Shown here: positions 51,503 to 64,000 of the stretch, piece by piece
Numbering within the stretch: the first letter of the stretch is position 1
Layout: each line of letters opens with the position of its first letter
Source of the DNA: Microthyrium microscopicum
Lineage: Eukaryota
Assembly (NCBI GenBank): GCA_010405405.1
Contig: MU004248.1
Location: forward strand, 1-64,000
DNA length: 64,000 nt
Reading direction: 5' to 3'
Program-made: the position numbers and the translations under genes
The notes under the pieces: model-generated
What the model was told of the DNA's origin: nothing
What the model saw: only the letters and a program-made list of their open reading frames with translations
Databases searched by the model: none

Positions 51503-52920
51503 ATGGCTACGACCAACAACATGGAGAAGCCAAGAATGACAGTGGAAACCAAAGAGACCCTCGCAGGGCCCAATAGCCAAGAGAGTGAACGACAAACAAG
51601 CTCCGAACCAAGTCCCAATGCAATCACTGCCCAGCCAGATGCTCCAGCAAAACGGAAACCTTTGCCTATGCGCATCATCAGATTTATGCAAGACCAATGG
51701 TTTCTAATAACACTGGTCATTCTTGTCGTCATTTCCTCGCAACATCAGGTTCCTGTCGAGCATCAGAAAACAAAGAGCACACTCGTCTCATACATATGCG
51801 TATCAGTCATCTTCTTCTTAACAGGATGTACCCTCAAGACTCAGATATTGATTGAGAACTATTCAAGATGGAAGATACACTTGTTCGTGCAGCTCCAGTC
51901 GTTCTTCATGACTTCGCTCGTCATGTTTGCCATAGTCAGCATGGCCGCAAGTAATAAGGACTGTAAGAAAAATCCCTCTATACCAAGAAATCGCACAGAT
52001 CTGTCACTGTCCGATCTCATGGCCAAGTCTCGCACAATCAAAGCTGACAGTTCACAGTTATGGACCCGGGTCTGCTTGTTGGCATGATTCTCACCGGTTG
52101 TGTTGCCACCACAATCTCCAGCAACGTCGTCATGGTATGCTTATCCCCATTCGCACTCTGGACATATGACTGACCACTCACAGACTGGCGACGCGCACGG
52201 CAACCAAGCACTAACTGTCGTCCAATCGACCATCGGTAACGTCCTCGGACCGTTCATAACACCGTTGCTCTTCAAAGGCTATACAAGCTCCGGCGCCTGG
52301 TACAATAGCGTATTGCCCGCCGAGCCAGGCGGATATGGTGAGTTATACAAGCGCGTATTCAAGCAGCTCGGTCTCAGCGTTTTTATTCCACTAGTAGGTT
52401 GCCTTTCAAATTTCTGAGGATTTATCGCTAATCAGATCGGTAGCTCGTGGGCCAAGCCATGCACAACTTCTTCCCCGGCCCAGTCAAACTGCTCTGCACA
52501 ACCTACAAACTTTCCAAGCTTGGCTCCATGGCCCTGCTAATCATCATCTGGCAAACCTACGACAGTGCTTTCAGCTCAGGCGCGATCCGGCAGGTACCTG
52601 GCAGCAACATTGCATTTGTCGTATTCATGTCCATGGCCATGTTTGGGTTATTTCTTCTTATCTCTCTATACACGGCCAAAATGTGGCTTTCGCGAGCTGA
52701 CACTGTCGCTTGTTGCTACTGTGTGCCGGCAAAGACGCCAGCGATGGGTGTGCCGATTAGTACTGTGCTGTTTGTAGGACTAACTCCAATGCTAGAGGCC
52801 AAGTTGCAGTTGCCGCTAGTACTGTACCAAGGATTGCAGATTATGGCGGGAACAATCTTGACGGGTCCGTTTAGGAGATGGGTAGATTCAGAGCGGCAGG
52901 AAGCAGAACCTGGTGCATGA
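51503..52920 (+). CDS. RCH1: Sodium/bile-acid cotransporter family (SLC10A7 / yeast Rch1-like), 4 exons (51503-51962, 52058-52134, 52184-52393, 52444-52920)
   Basis: Motifs DQWFL, VIFFLTG, TTISSNVVMT..AHGN, STIGNVLGPFITP, AKTPAMGVP; GT-AG introns restore the frame. The start could be a downstream ATG. Confidence 0.85.
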
Positions 52921-53171
52921 AAGGAATGATGAGGAGTACTGCGGCGTTTGAGGTCTGCGGACGGTAAAGAAATACCTCGTCCTCTTGAAATATTGTACTT
53001 TATAGATGATTCGGTAGTGGAGTAATCGCTCCCGGCTTTGGGCGCAAGTTTCTGATATGCATCACGAATAGAACGGCGGAATAGATATAGTCGTGGCATG
53101 AGCTTTGCAGCTTGGTTGTATTGTTATTGTACATGGGTTTTATGGTTGATCATTTGGTGAGCCGTTATAAC

Positions 53172-55142
53172 TCAGGTCATTAGGTATTTGGGCCCATCGC
53201 CGCCTTGAGGAGTAACCTATTTGAAGTCAGAGAGTAAATTTTGATGGTGATACTATATTTACCCAATTGATGTCCTGGTCAGGAACTTTGATATCGCAAG
53301 TTTTGCAGTGTACGCAACTAAACATGTTAGTAAGACTCTTGTCACAGGTATTATGACTTACTTTTGGGCATTGATTTGAAATCTGACCCCATATTCTTTC
53401 GTCTCATCTTCAACATATTCGTAAACGCCCGCCGGACAAAAGCGATTTTCAACCCCTTTGTACTTGGGCCACTCCATCTGAGCATGCTTGTCCCAGTCTT
53501 TGACCTGCAAGTGCACTGGTTGATCTTCCTCGTGATTGGTGCCCGAACGACTAACAGATGTCAAGATGTCAAAGCTGATCTTTCCATCTGGTTTGGGATA
53601 CTCAATCTTTTTGCATTGATCTGCAGTTTTTGTTGCTATATGATCTGGTTTCCCGTGTTGGAGAGTCCAGGGAGATTTGCCTCGTAGAACGTATGCTTCT
53701 AAACCAGAATATATGACACCACCATAGAGTCCAAGAGGAGAGTGGAAAGACGGACGCATATTGCGTACTTGCTTGAGCTCGGCCCAGATACTTGAAGATC
53801 GTAAAGCATCTTCATAGTCATATAAAAAGACGGAGCCATTGTCCTTTGAGGTGAGTGCCGAATAAGCAGCTTCAGCAGCCAGCATTCCTGATTTCATGGC
53901 CGTATGTGTACCCTTAATCTTGGGCAAGTTGACAAAACCTGCAGAATCACCTATCAAGGCGCCACCGGGAAAAGCCACCTTGGGTATCGACTGGAATCCG
54001 CCTTCAACAAGTGTCCTAGCGGCGTATGATATGCATTTCCCTCCCTCTAGGACAGAACTGTACAGTGGATGATGTTTCATCTTCTGGAACTCACCATATG
54101 GAGCCAGCCAGGGGTTCGGATAATCCAGGCCTACCACAAGTCCCACGCTCACCATATTGTCCCCGAAATGATACATCCATCCACCACCATAAGTATCGGT
54201 AGGAAGTGGATAGCCCAAAGAGTGTACTATTTCGCCTTTGCGGAAGTTTTCCGGTTTGACCTCCCATACTTCTTTGATACCGAGTCCGTAGGTCTGGTGT
54301 TGGCTGTCTCTCCTCAAATCAAACTTTTTTATGATTTGCTTTGAAAGGCTACCATGGCAGCCTTCGCCTAACATTGTGACTCGCGCATGGAATTCCATGC
54401 CGCGCTCAAAGCTATCTTTAGGTTTTCCAGCGCGAGAGACGCCCATATCGTTGGTCGCAACACCACGCACCGAGCCGTCTGGCGTATAGAGTACCTCGGA
54501 TGCCGCAAAGCCAGGATATAATTCCACGCCTAGCTCTTCAGCACGTTCGCCTAGCCATTTTACTAGCTGACTCAAGCTAAGTATAAAGTTGCCATGGTTG
54601 TTCATCTGCGGAGGTTTCGGAAGGGGAATGGCTGAGTTCTTGGTGAGGAAACGCATTTTGTCCTTGGTAGCTGGTGTTATGAATTCGAATTTATTGGGGT
54701 TATCGTCCGAATTCCAATCGGGCAAAAGTTCGTTTAATGCTGTGGGTTCGAGTACGTTGCCAGAAACAATGTGGTCGCCTATTTCGCCAGCCTTTTCGAG
54801 TACCAGCACACGGAATTCTTCATTGCCGGCTTCATTAGCCAGCTGCTTCAGACGAATGGCAGCAGCGAGACCAGCAGGCCCGCCACCGACTATACACACA
54901 TCGACCTGGTCACTCTCGCGATCCTGTTGGCGGGGGTCGAATTCATCTTCGGAAGGTCTTCTGGCAGTCAAGGAGAAGGTTCTGAGCTGGAAAGAGCCTT
55001 TGTATTGCGTTGAAGGTAATATTAAACGATTTGATCGTGCTATGGAAGCGACAGGACGTATTGCACGCGATACATGGAGATGTCTTTTGGAGACATGACG
55101 TAAGGTGGGATGGAGGCACCTGAGAGATTGTTTAGAGGCCAT
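53172..55142 (-). CDS. CIR2: Mitochondrial ETF-ubiquinone oxidoreductase, 3 exons (55142-53362, 53317-53263, 53216-53172)
   Basis: FAD motif IVGGGPAGL, KIKGTHTAMKSG, RFCPAGVYE and the spliced 4Fe-4S motif NCVHCKTCDIK; basic N-terminal presequence. Confidence 0.96.
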
Positions 55143-55890
55143 TGGCCGTGGGTATGGAATCGTGAGATATGAGCAGAGGGATTATATGCAGGAAATCGAA
55201 GTCATGAAGAAGACAGAAAAGAGAATTTGGGTGTAGAAAGCGGTGGCGCGGGAGTAAAAGCGTCAATGGAGTTCACAAGCTCTGAGTTGGCTGGTAGCGG
55301 GTATGCTCGGCTGGATGGGGTGTATGTTGAATTGACCCAATCATCACGAAGCAATTCGTGATGGCTTAGCCGCCACATAAGCGATGCACGCGAGAATAGC
55401 CGCCGCCGTCGACCTGTAGGCTGTAGCCATGTAGCGAGATCCCGTATCCGTATTCGTATCCGACGTCGGAAAGGACTTTTACGATAACCACAGTCCATAG
55501 CCGAACAAGATCTGAAACCGGGAATGCAGCATCTTGCATCGATTATTACCGTCTTTTCTTCTCTTGCATCTTACCTTGCCTTTCCTTGATCAAGATCAAC
55601 ATTGTCCACCCTTGCCCTGTGAGCCCGTGGTTGGCCATTACTGCACCTTGCATCTCTTTAAATTCATTGAAAGCTACACATCTAGTAGTAGCTGAGCAAA
55701 CCTTCGTGCCATCTTACCTTCCGTGCACTCCTCTAATCCGACCTGTCTCGCTGATATTACTTTCCTGTTCATAATTCTCTCATTAACACTTCAATCGCCC
55801 TCATGTCTTCAACTCTGCTACTTTCTCCTACCCATATACTCGCCTCATCCGCCATAATGTTATAGTATCCGCCGCTATCCGCCATTGACA

Positions 55891-57684
55891 ATGCCTGAAC
55901 GCCAATTGAGCATTGCGACATATGCCGTCGGGGCCTCGCTATGCGCTATCAGCCTTCTCTACGTCTTTGGGCCCGGTTTTGCCTTCGACGGCGATGCCTC
56001 CTCAGGTCACAAACGCCGCATCGTTGGCCTCGAGAATCCCGCAAATATGTGCTTTTGCAATTCTGTGCTCCAAGCACTTGCAAATTCCCCCGGCCTACGC
56101 AAGTACCTCATCCGCGAGGTTCACCGCCGGAATCTTGATGGACCCGAGGTATACAGAGGTCGATATGAAGATGTAGACGGTGAAGGCCGAGACGCAGACA
56201 TGCTTTTGTGGAAACTGGACAATCTACAGCAAGGGATTGTGTCGCATGCCCTGAAAAAGATGCTAGACAGACTAAATGAGCGGCCTATATACAAAAAGAC
56301 CATCACTGCTACCGATTTTATATACTCCCTGGAAACGGCTTTTCGTACCCGCATTAGTCGCCAGCAGCAGGACGCTCAGGAGTTACTGCAGATTGTGCTG
56401 GAAAGATTATGTGATGAGTATCATGCTGGTAGCAGAGCACGGCGGAAATTCAAGGGACGGAACCAACAACAAGATTCGGACGTTTCTCAACACTCGGAAA
56501 GAAGCAGTGAGGAACCACCCAGAACACCGACGACTAAAGAGGATGATGAAGAAGAAGAAAGCAAGCCTGATGGAGAACAATTCCCCTTTGAGGGCCAAAC
56601 TGAAGCTCGAATTGAATGCAAAACATGCGGGTTTACCCCTAAACCTGCCGTTTCTTCCTTTGTTACCTTGACCCTCAACGTCCCACAGCAATCGCAAACC
56701 TCACTCAATCTCTGCTTCGATGGCATTTTCCGGGAAGAAACCATTGAAGGCTTCAAATGCGATAAATGCCGCCTCCTTCACGCACAAGGCGTCAAAGAGC
56801 AGCAACTCACCCAGAATCCTGATCGCCGGACGAAAAAGGCCCTACTAGCTGATCTCGCGCATATTCAATCTGCTCTGGAGAACGATCCTGAGCGACCCCT
56901 CGATGAAGACGCTCACCTACCGCCCCGCGCCGACGCCCCAGCCCGTACAATCACTCGCAGTACTCGCCTCTCCCGCTTTCCCCGAGTCCTCGCCATCCAC
57001 CTATCCCGTTCTATATACTCTACTACTTCCCTCAGCACCAAAAACACTGCGCGCGTCGCCTTCCCCGAAACACTATCACTCGGCCCCCTTCTCAACACGC
57101 GCCAATTCCGCCTCAGCGCGGTGGTCATGCACAAGGGGGGTCATAACAGCGGTCATTACGAAACCTTCCGTCGCCAGTTCACGCCCGTGCCATACAGCAC
57201 GCCGCATAGCTTTGGTACCAGCGGTGTATACTCACGCGAGCAAAGCCCGAATCCATCGGCGCTCGCGACTCCTGTGAGCGCAAAACCCAGCACGCTTGCA
57301 GGCGCTACGATACCACCAAGTCCATTGGATATGCGCGCGTCCCGCATTAGCGAATCACCTTCGCAACCAAGTCGATCAGCATCGACGCGTAGCTCGGCAT
57401 CGTCGCGGAGTTCCTTGAGCGCATCACTGCGAAGGGCGAACTCGCGGGTGGCGTCAGCAGTACATGCGCCGACGAGCGCACCGCGGACGGAAGAGGAATC
57501 GAAGCGGGTCTCGCATGCAGTGGCTGAAGCGGAGATGGCAAAGGTGGTGAAACGGCAGAAGAAGCTGGCACAGCGCTGGTGGCGCGTAAGTGACGAGAAG
57601 GTCAAGGAGAGTAAGACGACCGAAGTGCTGGGGATGCAGAAGGAGGTATATTTGCTGTTCTATGAGGCAGAGAATGTGGAGTAG
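55891..57684 (+). CDS. USP/peptidase C19 ubiquitin hydrolase with N-terminal hydrophobic anchor (Ubp16-like)
   Basis: Cys box GLENPANMCFCNSVLQAL, QQDAQELL, His box VVMHKGGHNSGHY, WWRVSD and YLLFYE; first ATG at 55891. Confidence 0.92.
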   Translation: MPERQLSIATYAVGASLCAISLLYVFGPGFAFDGDASSGHKRRIVGLENPANMCFCNSVLQALANSPGLRKYLIREVHRRNLDGPEVYRGRYEDVDGEGRDADMLLWKLDNLQQGIVSHALKKMLDRLNERPIYKKTITATDFIYSLETAFRTRISRQQQDAQELLQIVLERLCDEYHAGSRARRKFKGRNQQQDSDVSQHSERSSEEPPRTPTTKEDDEEEESKPDGEQFPFEGQTEARIECKTCGFTPKPAVSSFVTLTLNVPQQSQTSLNLCFDGIFREETIEGFKCDKCRLLHAQGVKEQQLTQNPDRRTKKALLADLAHIQSALENDPERPLDEDAHLPPRADAPARTITRSTRLSRFPRVLAIHLSRSIYSTTSLSTKNTARVAFPETLSLGPLLNTRQFRLSAVVMHKGGHNSGHYETFRRQFTPVPYSTPHSFGTSGVYSREQSPNPSALATPVSAKPSTLAGATIPPSPLDMRASRISESPSQPSRSASTRSSASSRSSLSASLRRANSRVASAVHAPTSAPRTEEESKRVSHAVAEAEMAKVVKRQKKLAQRWWRVSDEKVKESKTTEVLGMQKEVYLLFYEAENVE

Positions 57685-58215
57685 GATCTGTGGAGAAGTA
57701 ATGATCTTGACGAAAAGATGAGGAGCTATTGATACCCTTGACAAAGCGAATTAGATTGGCGACACATTTGCTTAGTGCTCTACAAGTATGATAATGGACG
57801 CCATGCAAGAGCGGCTTGTTTATATATACAAGAGCTATGAATGATATACTACTACCTGTGTAGAAGATACATGACTTTGAGGTTGATTGATATCACTGTG
57901 AGCCTAATTTTGAGCATGATTAGACAAATTTATGAATGAATACGAATATATCAGGTTTCTGGGACTATATGGTAACAGATTTGATTCGCTTTCTCGGACA
58001 TTGATTGTTGAGCATTTTTATACCTTAGGTACTACCTACATGTCTGGTCCACCACCTACCAAAATTTCAACCAACTTGTTAACCTAGAAAAACTCTACTA
58101 CAACCACCACCCATCTTGGAACCCATAACCCGCAATAAGCAGCTGGCTTGCGCCTCATAAGAACTCTCAGAAGCCATTCTGAATACTCACACAAGTCCAA
58201 AAAATTCAAGCCGTC

Positions 58216-58676
58216 ATGCGTGTATGTTTTCCCACCATCGTCCATCAGTTCCCAACTAACTCAATATCTAGATCATAGATCCAGGCACCCAACCACTCAG
58301 CAACGCCGAAGTGCTTGCCCATCTTACATCTCAACCCACCACCATCCCCAACTATCCCGGCATCCATGAACTGCCAGAGGAGTTGAAGAAGATTACCCGC
58401 GAGACCATCACCTATCTCTCGCGCCCAACTCAGCCTGCCTCACGTTCACGGGCACCAGCTGCTCTCAACCCGGACGCTATCCACAACCTCACCACTACTC
58501 TCAAAAACAAACCCTGGCGCCTGCTGCAGAGCGAAATCCTACAGATCCTTAACCATGTTCCAAGGGAGATCACTGAGCTTGGTATGGTTGTTGAGGAGCT
58601 TGATCAGCGGTTTGAGCCGGAGCAGCAGGAGCTGTTGCTGAAGGTTATCCAGGATGAGTGTGCAAAGTTAGTATAG
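58216..58676 (+). CDS. RPC17: RNA polymerase III subunit C17 (Rpc17/RPC9, Rpb4 family), 2 exons (58216-58221, 58272-58676)
   Basis: Intron GTATGT..ACTAAC..TAG gives MRIIDPGTQPLSNAEVL; C-terminal EILQILNHVP...VVEELDQRF. Confidence 0.82.
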
Positions 58677-59450
58677 ACACCCCACTTCAAATTGAAAGTA
58701 CTGTTTTTGGTTCACTCTTATGTTAGATGGCGGTGAGAAGTTTCCTGGATAATCTGTGATTTCAGGCCCATCTGGATTGGATATCAAGCAGGTGTTGTCA
58801 AAGAATCACCGGTTACACACTTTGCTTGAGTCGAGACAAAATATACTACTACGGCTCTGGACCAAAAGCTTATGGTATGTCACACTATTTTCTTCTTATT
58901 CTCGCAGGTGAAATCTATGCTGTACTATTTGTAGTCCTCTAAGTATGCTAATCTAATTCATAGCTCTCGTACTGCCGCTCCCAGTCTACGTCAACCAACT
59001 CGACAGAAGCCATCATTCAACTGATGTGGATGGCATTTGATTTATCCGTGTTATTGCAAATAATATATTCGTAACCTTCAGAGCTGGGCCTCCCTTATCC
59101 CAACGAATGGTCTCACAATAACCATGGGCGGTGTGATGCTGATGTTCAGCATCATCTTTGGCAGTTTCGTACGAAATAGTAATATGGGATTCGTCCGGCA
59201 CAACCATGGTGGCGCCCATGGTAGTCGCCGCGTGCGATCCTGATCGGATCAGGATGATCTTTACATCGGGCTCTAAATCGAGCGCCGGAAGCTGACAATG
59301 CAAACAATAAAATCAAACTCGTTGCTGGTGATAGGATAATGAGTAGCTGTAGTATGTTCGGCGTTTTCCAAAAGATGTTGTATTATAACGAGGAAACGGC
59401 GACCCATGCCTTCCCCAAAAAGCTGAGCCCGTTAACCGACAGAGTGGTAA

Positions 59451-61262
59451 TCAAAGCAATTTGACTGCCGACAAGGACGATGCGAGGCCGTCGGTTTGGT
59501 CGTCTCCTTTGGACGAGGATTTATTAGTCCACTGCTGCTCCTTACGAAAAGCCTCCAGATCTGCAGCCATTTCCTCTGCTGTCCGTTCCCTTCGTTTTTC
59601 TTTCTCCTGCCTCGATTTTGGCTCTGGTTTTGGAACTGTTCTACGTCGCCGAGGGCTAGTGGGAGACGGAGAGTTGTTGGAAACTGAGCTGGAAGATGCG
59701 GTAGGAGAGACTTTCGTCCGCCCCGAGAGCCGCGATGCGCCGGGTACTTTGGCCGCCTTTGAGGCGCTGCTTGGAGTCTTCTTGGGAGTCCCAGTTTTGG
59801 TAGTCTCCCCACTGGAATCCGCAGCCTTACGGTTTCGGATCTTGTCGAGTCTTTCTCGACGTATTTGTCGACCGTTTTTCTTGGCTCTGGAATTTTTATC
59901 CTGCACTGATTCAGTGGGTAACTTTCTCAGTTTATGGATGGCGGTTTTCCGTTTGACAGAACGAGATACTGCATTGAGGGCGGAAGGAGCAGCTGGGGGA
60001 GTTTGGATGCCTTGTGTAGAGGATGAAGTCACTATTCCAAGGTCGTCCTGTCCTTGTTGTCTGACCTGACCACCATTAGGAGACTCAGGTTGGGAAGGTA
60101 GTGCCATATCGGCAGAATTACGGGTAAAGCCATCTTCTATGTTGGCGATATCATTCTGCTGGTTTGGGAGGATGGTATCAGGAGCTATAGCCTGTGTCAT
60201 AGTGTTGGATTGCTCTGTAATTACAGGTGCAATGCTACTGGAAACAGTTTGTTGTATGCCAACTGGGGGATAAAGTGGACTATGAGTGGAAGATGCAGCC
60301 TGTGCCTTAATGGCGAACTGCTGCATGAAAGCAGCTCCCAGCCCGTTCGGAGCGTTTTGTTGCAGTCCACTCGAGGGATGCTGAGGAACGGAGCATAAGG
60401 ATCCAGCTTGGACGTCCTGGCTGCTCTGCTGTGACAAGGCTTGATATCCGCCATTCACCAGCTCATCATCGCTCATGACAGCATCAGAAATACTGGCCTG
60501 AGAAGGGAGACTCTGCTCAGGATCGCTAATGTCGAGACGCCGGACACCTTTGGTAATGGCTCTCAACTTCTTGTTCAGGCAGTCCTCAGGGCTGATCGGG
60601 AAGTGTCGCTTAGTCACTCGAGGCTTCCCTTGAACTGCCAATGGACTTGTTGAACGACTGCTACGGCCGCGCTTTGGTGACTGTGGTTCTGGGCTATGCC
60701 CGGAGACCTGCTTGCTGGAGGGGGGGGACTTGCTTCGGCATAGGGATCGCCCTTTTTGGTTTATCTGCCGAAGGATATTGCCTACTGTGGCAGGCACTTG
60801 AGGAGACTCTGGAGATAATGGGCCGAAGTCCTTGAATTTGACAGCTCGATTGCTGCTGACTGGCTTGGTGACAATCACTGGGTGTGGTGGGTGCATTGTC
60901 TTTGTTCGTAGCTCTTTGGCGATTTCAGGCTTGCAGACGACCGCGAGGACACCATTATTGGCCACTGCTCGCAGGACTGGAGCAATACTTTCTAACCTAG
61001 AAGTAATGAGTTAATCACACATTTCAGTCAGGCAGTCAGGACTGGCGTACCCTTCGTTGTCGGCTATGAACAAGAGCAATCCAGAAGTGGCCGCGTCAAT
61101 GTGCCCAACTGGGACGGCCTGTGGCGAAGCGCTGGTTGATGATCCAGAAAGAGCTGTATTGGCATCTTCTATGATCATATTTTCCGGAACTGAGGAAGCA
61201 CAAGAGCGGTCGACATATTGGAAGCTTGGTAGCCGAATATAATTCGAAGTTGTGGCACCCAT
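59451..61262 (-). CDS. Hypothetical Ser/Pro/Gln/Lys-rich low-complexity protein, 585 aa, 2 exons (61262-61051, 60996-59451)
   Basis: The 504-codon ORF joins the upstream ORF in frame through intron 61050-60997 (GTACGC..ATTAAC..TAG). No recognisable domain. Confidence 0.7.
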
Positions 61263-63200
61263 CGTAGCGGATATAGTCCAGAGCTCCAAAGAAGTGTGAG
61301 AAGTCGTCGAGTAAAGAAGTGAGAGTACGCGACTTTAGTATGTCAAGAAGCGGTTGAGAAATAAAGAGGGCGAGTAGTAGAAAGATTGACCCTGGCCATG
61401 GTGTCAGTAATGTCCCAAAGGCAATTAACCATGAACATGGTCCGGCGCTCTTACCAGAAAGAGCGTTAACTGCTGATTCGTAATACCTGTTAGGCGAAGC
61501 ACAACCGTTTGGATGCTTAGAAGTAAGACTTGGAGAAGGGCCAGAAATAGCGTGGAAGCTGAATTATGAAATGTAGATGGTGTTGGGTCAAGTCTGAGGA
61601 CACAGGCTGGGGCGAAGGAGATGGAGCAACAGATGGGCAAAGATATAGCTTTAAAAAACAAGCCGCCTTTCACTCTACCACGTTAGTTCTTTCGCGAGGT
61701 CGATAACAGGCAATGACTGGCTCGTCCGAATCGAGAAGCTGCGGTGGGCTCCATTCCACCTCATTCAGGTTCAGATACTACCTGTTACCTCGCGTCTGAC
61801 ACAACGAACCACCTGAGCATCTAACACCGCGCTCGCTGCTGATTCGAGGACCACTGAATGCCATTCGACGTCTATATAAAATGATAGCACGGAATATATA
61901 CATGGCTATGAGCAACGGGGCTAGCCGCAATATCAATTGAATCAATAAAATCAAACATCAAAGATTATGACATGGTTTTGACCACAATTTGTATTGAGCA
62001 ACGCAATGAATGAACAAAGGTCGTTCAATGCGAAAAGAGTGTTTAAGTAATCGTAATTCTACATAGACCCAGAGATACAATGTCATAGATCAGTTTTACC
62101 GACACTGTAAATACTATACTAATTGTTTGATATGGGTCTTGTGTTCCATGCACAAGCCATATTGATCCAAATCTGTACTTGGAAGTCAAACTCCTCTCTA
62201 ATCTGTTTTATAACCCAACAAGTCCTCACTGCCTGAGAAATTGTTGGATGGACTAGCAAACATATCTTGCCATGACGCTTCAGTATTAGCCCCACTCTCA
62301 AACATATCTGCGCTTGTATTGTCCCGAAGAGGGCTTTCGTCGTCGATTGAATGGTACGTACTGGTCTTGCTTTGCCAACGAAAGAAGTGCATGAGCAGTT
62401 ATGGAGTCTACTCTCCTGACTTGAATACGACTTGGTGTAGACTCTGTGTTGCTTATTTCCATCTCGGCGTTGTCCATATCGATGTCTTCAAACTGGCGGA
62501 AAGGCATGTCGGAGAATTTTTGGAAGTCGCAGCAATTAAACGACAGGCTTGGCGGTTCGAACGAATTGCCGAGGTAAGATCGACGAAGGTTGCGATCCGT
62601 GAGTTGACGAGTTGGAAACAGAGATCAAATGCGGAAGCCCGGTAGCGTTTAACTATGTTTATGATGAAATGTCGTGGCAAAAGTCACTGAACCAGTCCCT
62701 CGCACGGCCATTCGCCGAACTTACTAGCGTTAGATGTGACAATTCATTGAGGAAGATGCTTAGATCGTGGTGTATATATTCTGGGAAAGTGTCCATCACT
62801 GATCGGACACTAGGTAAATGGGTCTGTAACTTGCTGGCGATGACGCCCAAACAAGCCAGGACATGGCCTATATATTCCCATGGCTTGATGTTCAATTGTA
62901 CTTTCAAGTGACCGTTGCAAACAATAGTTCGTGCTTGTTACTTGTTTTGTCAAAGGTGCATTAGAGCTGAGATGAGGTGAAGTTAGGAGCTATAAGGCTG
63001 ATAATAAGGCTGAGGACGAGGCTCAGGCTTGGCACTTTGCGCCAATGACAGTGGTTCTGGTCACGTCACGCCGACTTCGCACTGGCATGCTTTTTTTTTT
63101 GGCATCAGATGAATCATAAAGAGTTAGTTCTTCTGAAATAACATTATCTCTCCAACTCCTCTATTCATCACGCCTGAATCCATAAATCCTCAACGCCGTT

Positions 63201-64000
63201 ATGCCTTCGCGCGATCAAATTCACTACTTCGGTGCTGGCCCCGCTCCTCTGCCCACTCCTGTGCTTGAGAAGGCCGCCGGTGCACTCCTCAACTACCAAG
63301 ACACCGGCATTGGTATATGCGAAATCTCTCACAGAAGTGCTCAGGCCAATCAGGTCCTTGCCGATGCAAAGTCTGCACTGACACAATTGCTGGATGTTCC
63401 CGATACATATGATATTCTCTTCCTACAAGGTGGCGGGACGGGCGAGTTCAGCGCAGTTGTATACAACTTGGTGTCCATATGGGTAGAGAAGAGACGAAGA
63501 CGGGCCTTGGAAGATCTGACAATCGCACTGGCAGATGGAAAAGAACCGGGCTCAAAGGAAGACTTGAATGCCAAAGTTCTGCAACGCCTCAAAGCTGAAG
63601 TGGACAAAGAACTCAAACTTGATTACCTTGTTACTGGATCCTGGTCTCAAAAGGCAAGCCAAGAAGCAGCTAGACTTGTTGGTGCCGATAAAGTCAATGT
63701 TGCAGTGGATGCCAAAGCCAGAAACGGTGGCAAGTTCGGCATTATCCCACCAGAGTCGGAGTGGAGTCTTACTCCACGAAAGAGAGAAGGCGGTCCAGGT
63801 TCAGCTCTCATATACTTTTGCGACAATGAGACCGTCGACGGAGTAGAATTCCCCTCTTTTCCAACATCGATAACTGGCCATGCCGAGGACGATGTTGATG
63901 ATGATGCGCCTCTGATTGTTGCCGATATGTCATCCAATTTCATCAGCCGGAAAGTCGATGTGAAGAAATATGCTGTCATCTTTGGCGGAGCGCAAAAGAA
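63201..64000 (+). CDS. SER1: Phosphoserine aminotransferase, 3'-truncated by the window
   Basis: MPSRDQIHYFGAGPAPLP, EISHRS, FLQGGGTGEF, VTGSWSQKA, YFCDNETVDGVEF, ADMSSNF, FGGAQK. Missing from the ORF track because it runs off the end. Confidence 0.97.
   Translation, partial: MPSRDQIHYFGAGPAPLPTPVLEKAAGALLNYQDTGIGICEISHRSAQANQVLADAKSALTQLLDVPDTYDILFLQGGGTGEFSAVVYNLVSIWVEKRRRRALEDLTIALADGKEPGSKEDLNAKVLQRLKAEVDKELKLDYLVTGSWSQKASQEAARLVGADKVNVAVDAKARNGGKFGIIPPESEWSLTPRKREGGPGSALIYFCDNETVDGVEFPSFPTSITGHAEDDVDDDAPLIVADMSSNFISRKVDVKKYAVIFGGAQK

Noticed and set aside
59013..59303. 96-aa minus-strand ORF as an extra exon of the orphan gene
   Set aside because: The main ORF has its own stop at 59451 and I found no convincing splice junction.
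62119..62911. Cluster of short minus-strand ORFs with protein-like composition
   Set aside because: I could not join them with credible splice sites or recognise a family; a degenerate gene cannot be excluded.
63059..63116. Gcn4/CpcA-like site (TGAATCA) and CRE-like CACGTCA upstream of SER1
   Set aside because: Imperfect short matches; plausible for an amino-acid biosynthesis gene but not distinguishable from chance.

Overview
Window from a filamentous ascomycete (inferred from RIP-type mutation, short GT..CTRAY..YAG introns and the gene set). It has three zones. (1) 1-3489: the 3' end of an un-RIPed LSU rRNA gene, a short spacer with two hairpins and a 59-bp-period repeat, then an intact convergent 3-exon F-box/LRR-like gene; no further rDNA unit follows. 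(2) 3490-49657: a 46-kb AT-rich block that resolves into six nested, RIP-destroyed Ty3/gypsy LTR retrotransposons, A>B>C>(D, E>F). Each has paired LTRs, a readable target-site duplication (TSD) and a Tf1-like self-priming PBS. Three of them (B, C, E) carry 1.6-3 kb between pol and the 3' LTR that looks like a decayed antisense, intron-containing cargo gene. D and F instead share a 65-nt structured 3' UTR element. (3) 49658-64000: ordinary genes (SLC10A7/RCH1-like transporter, ETF-ubiquinone oxidoreductase, Ubp16-like deubiquitinase, Pol III subunit C17, an orphan low-complexity gene, 5' part of SER1). Everything was read by eye; de-RIPed translations and family names are inference, not database results.
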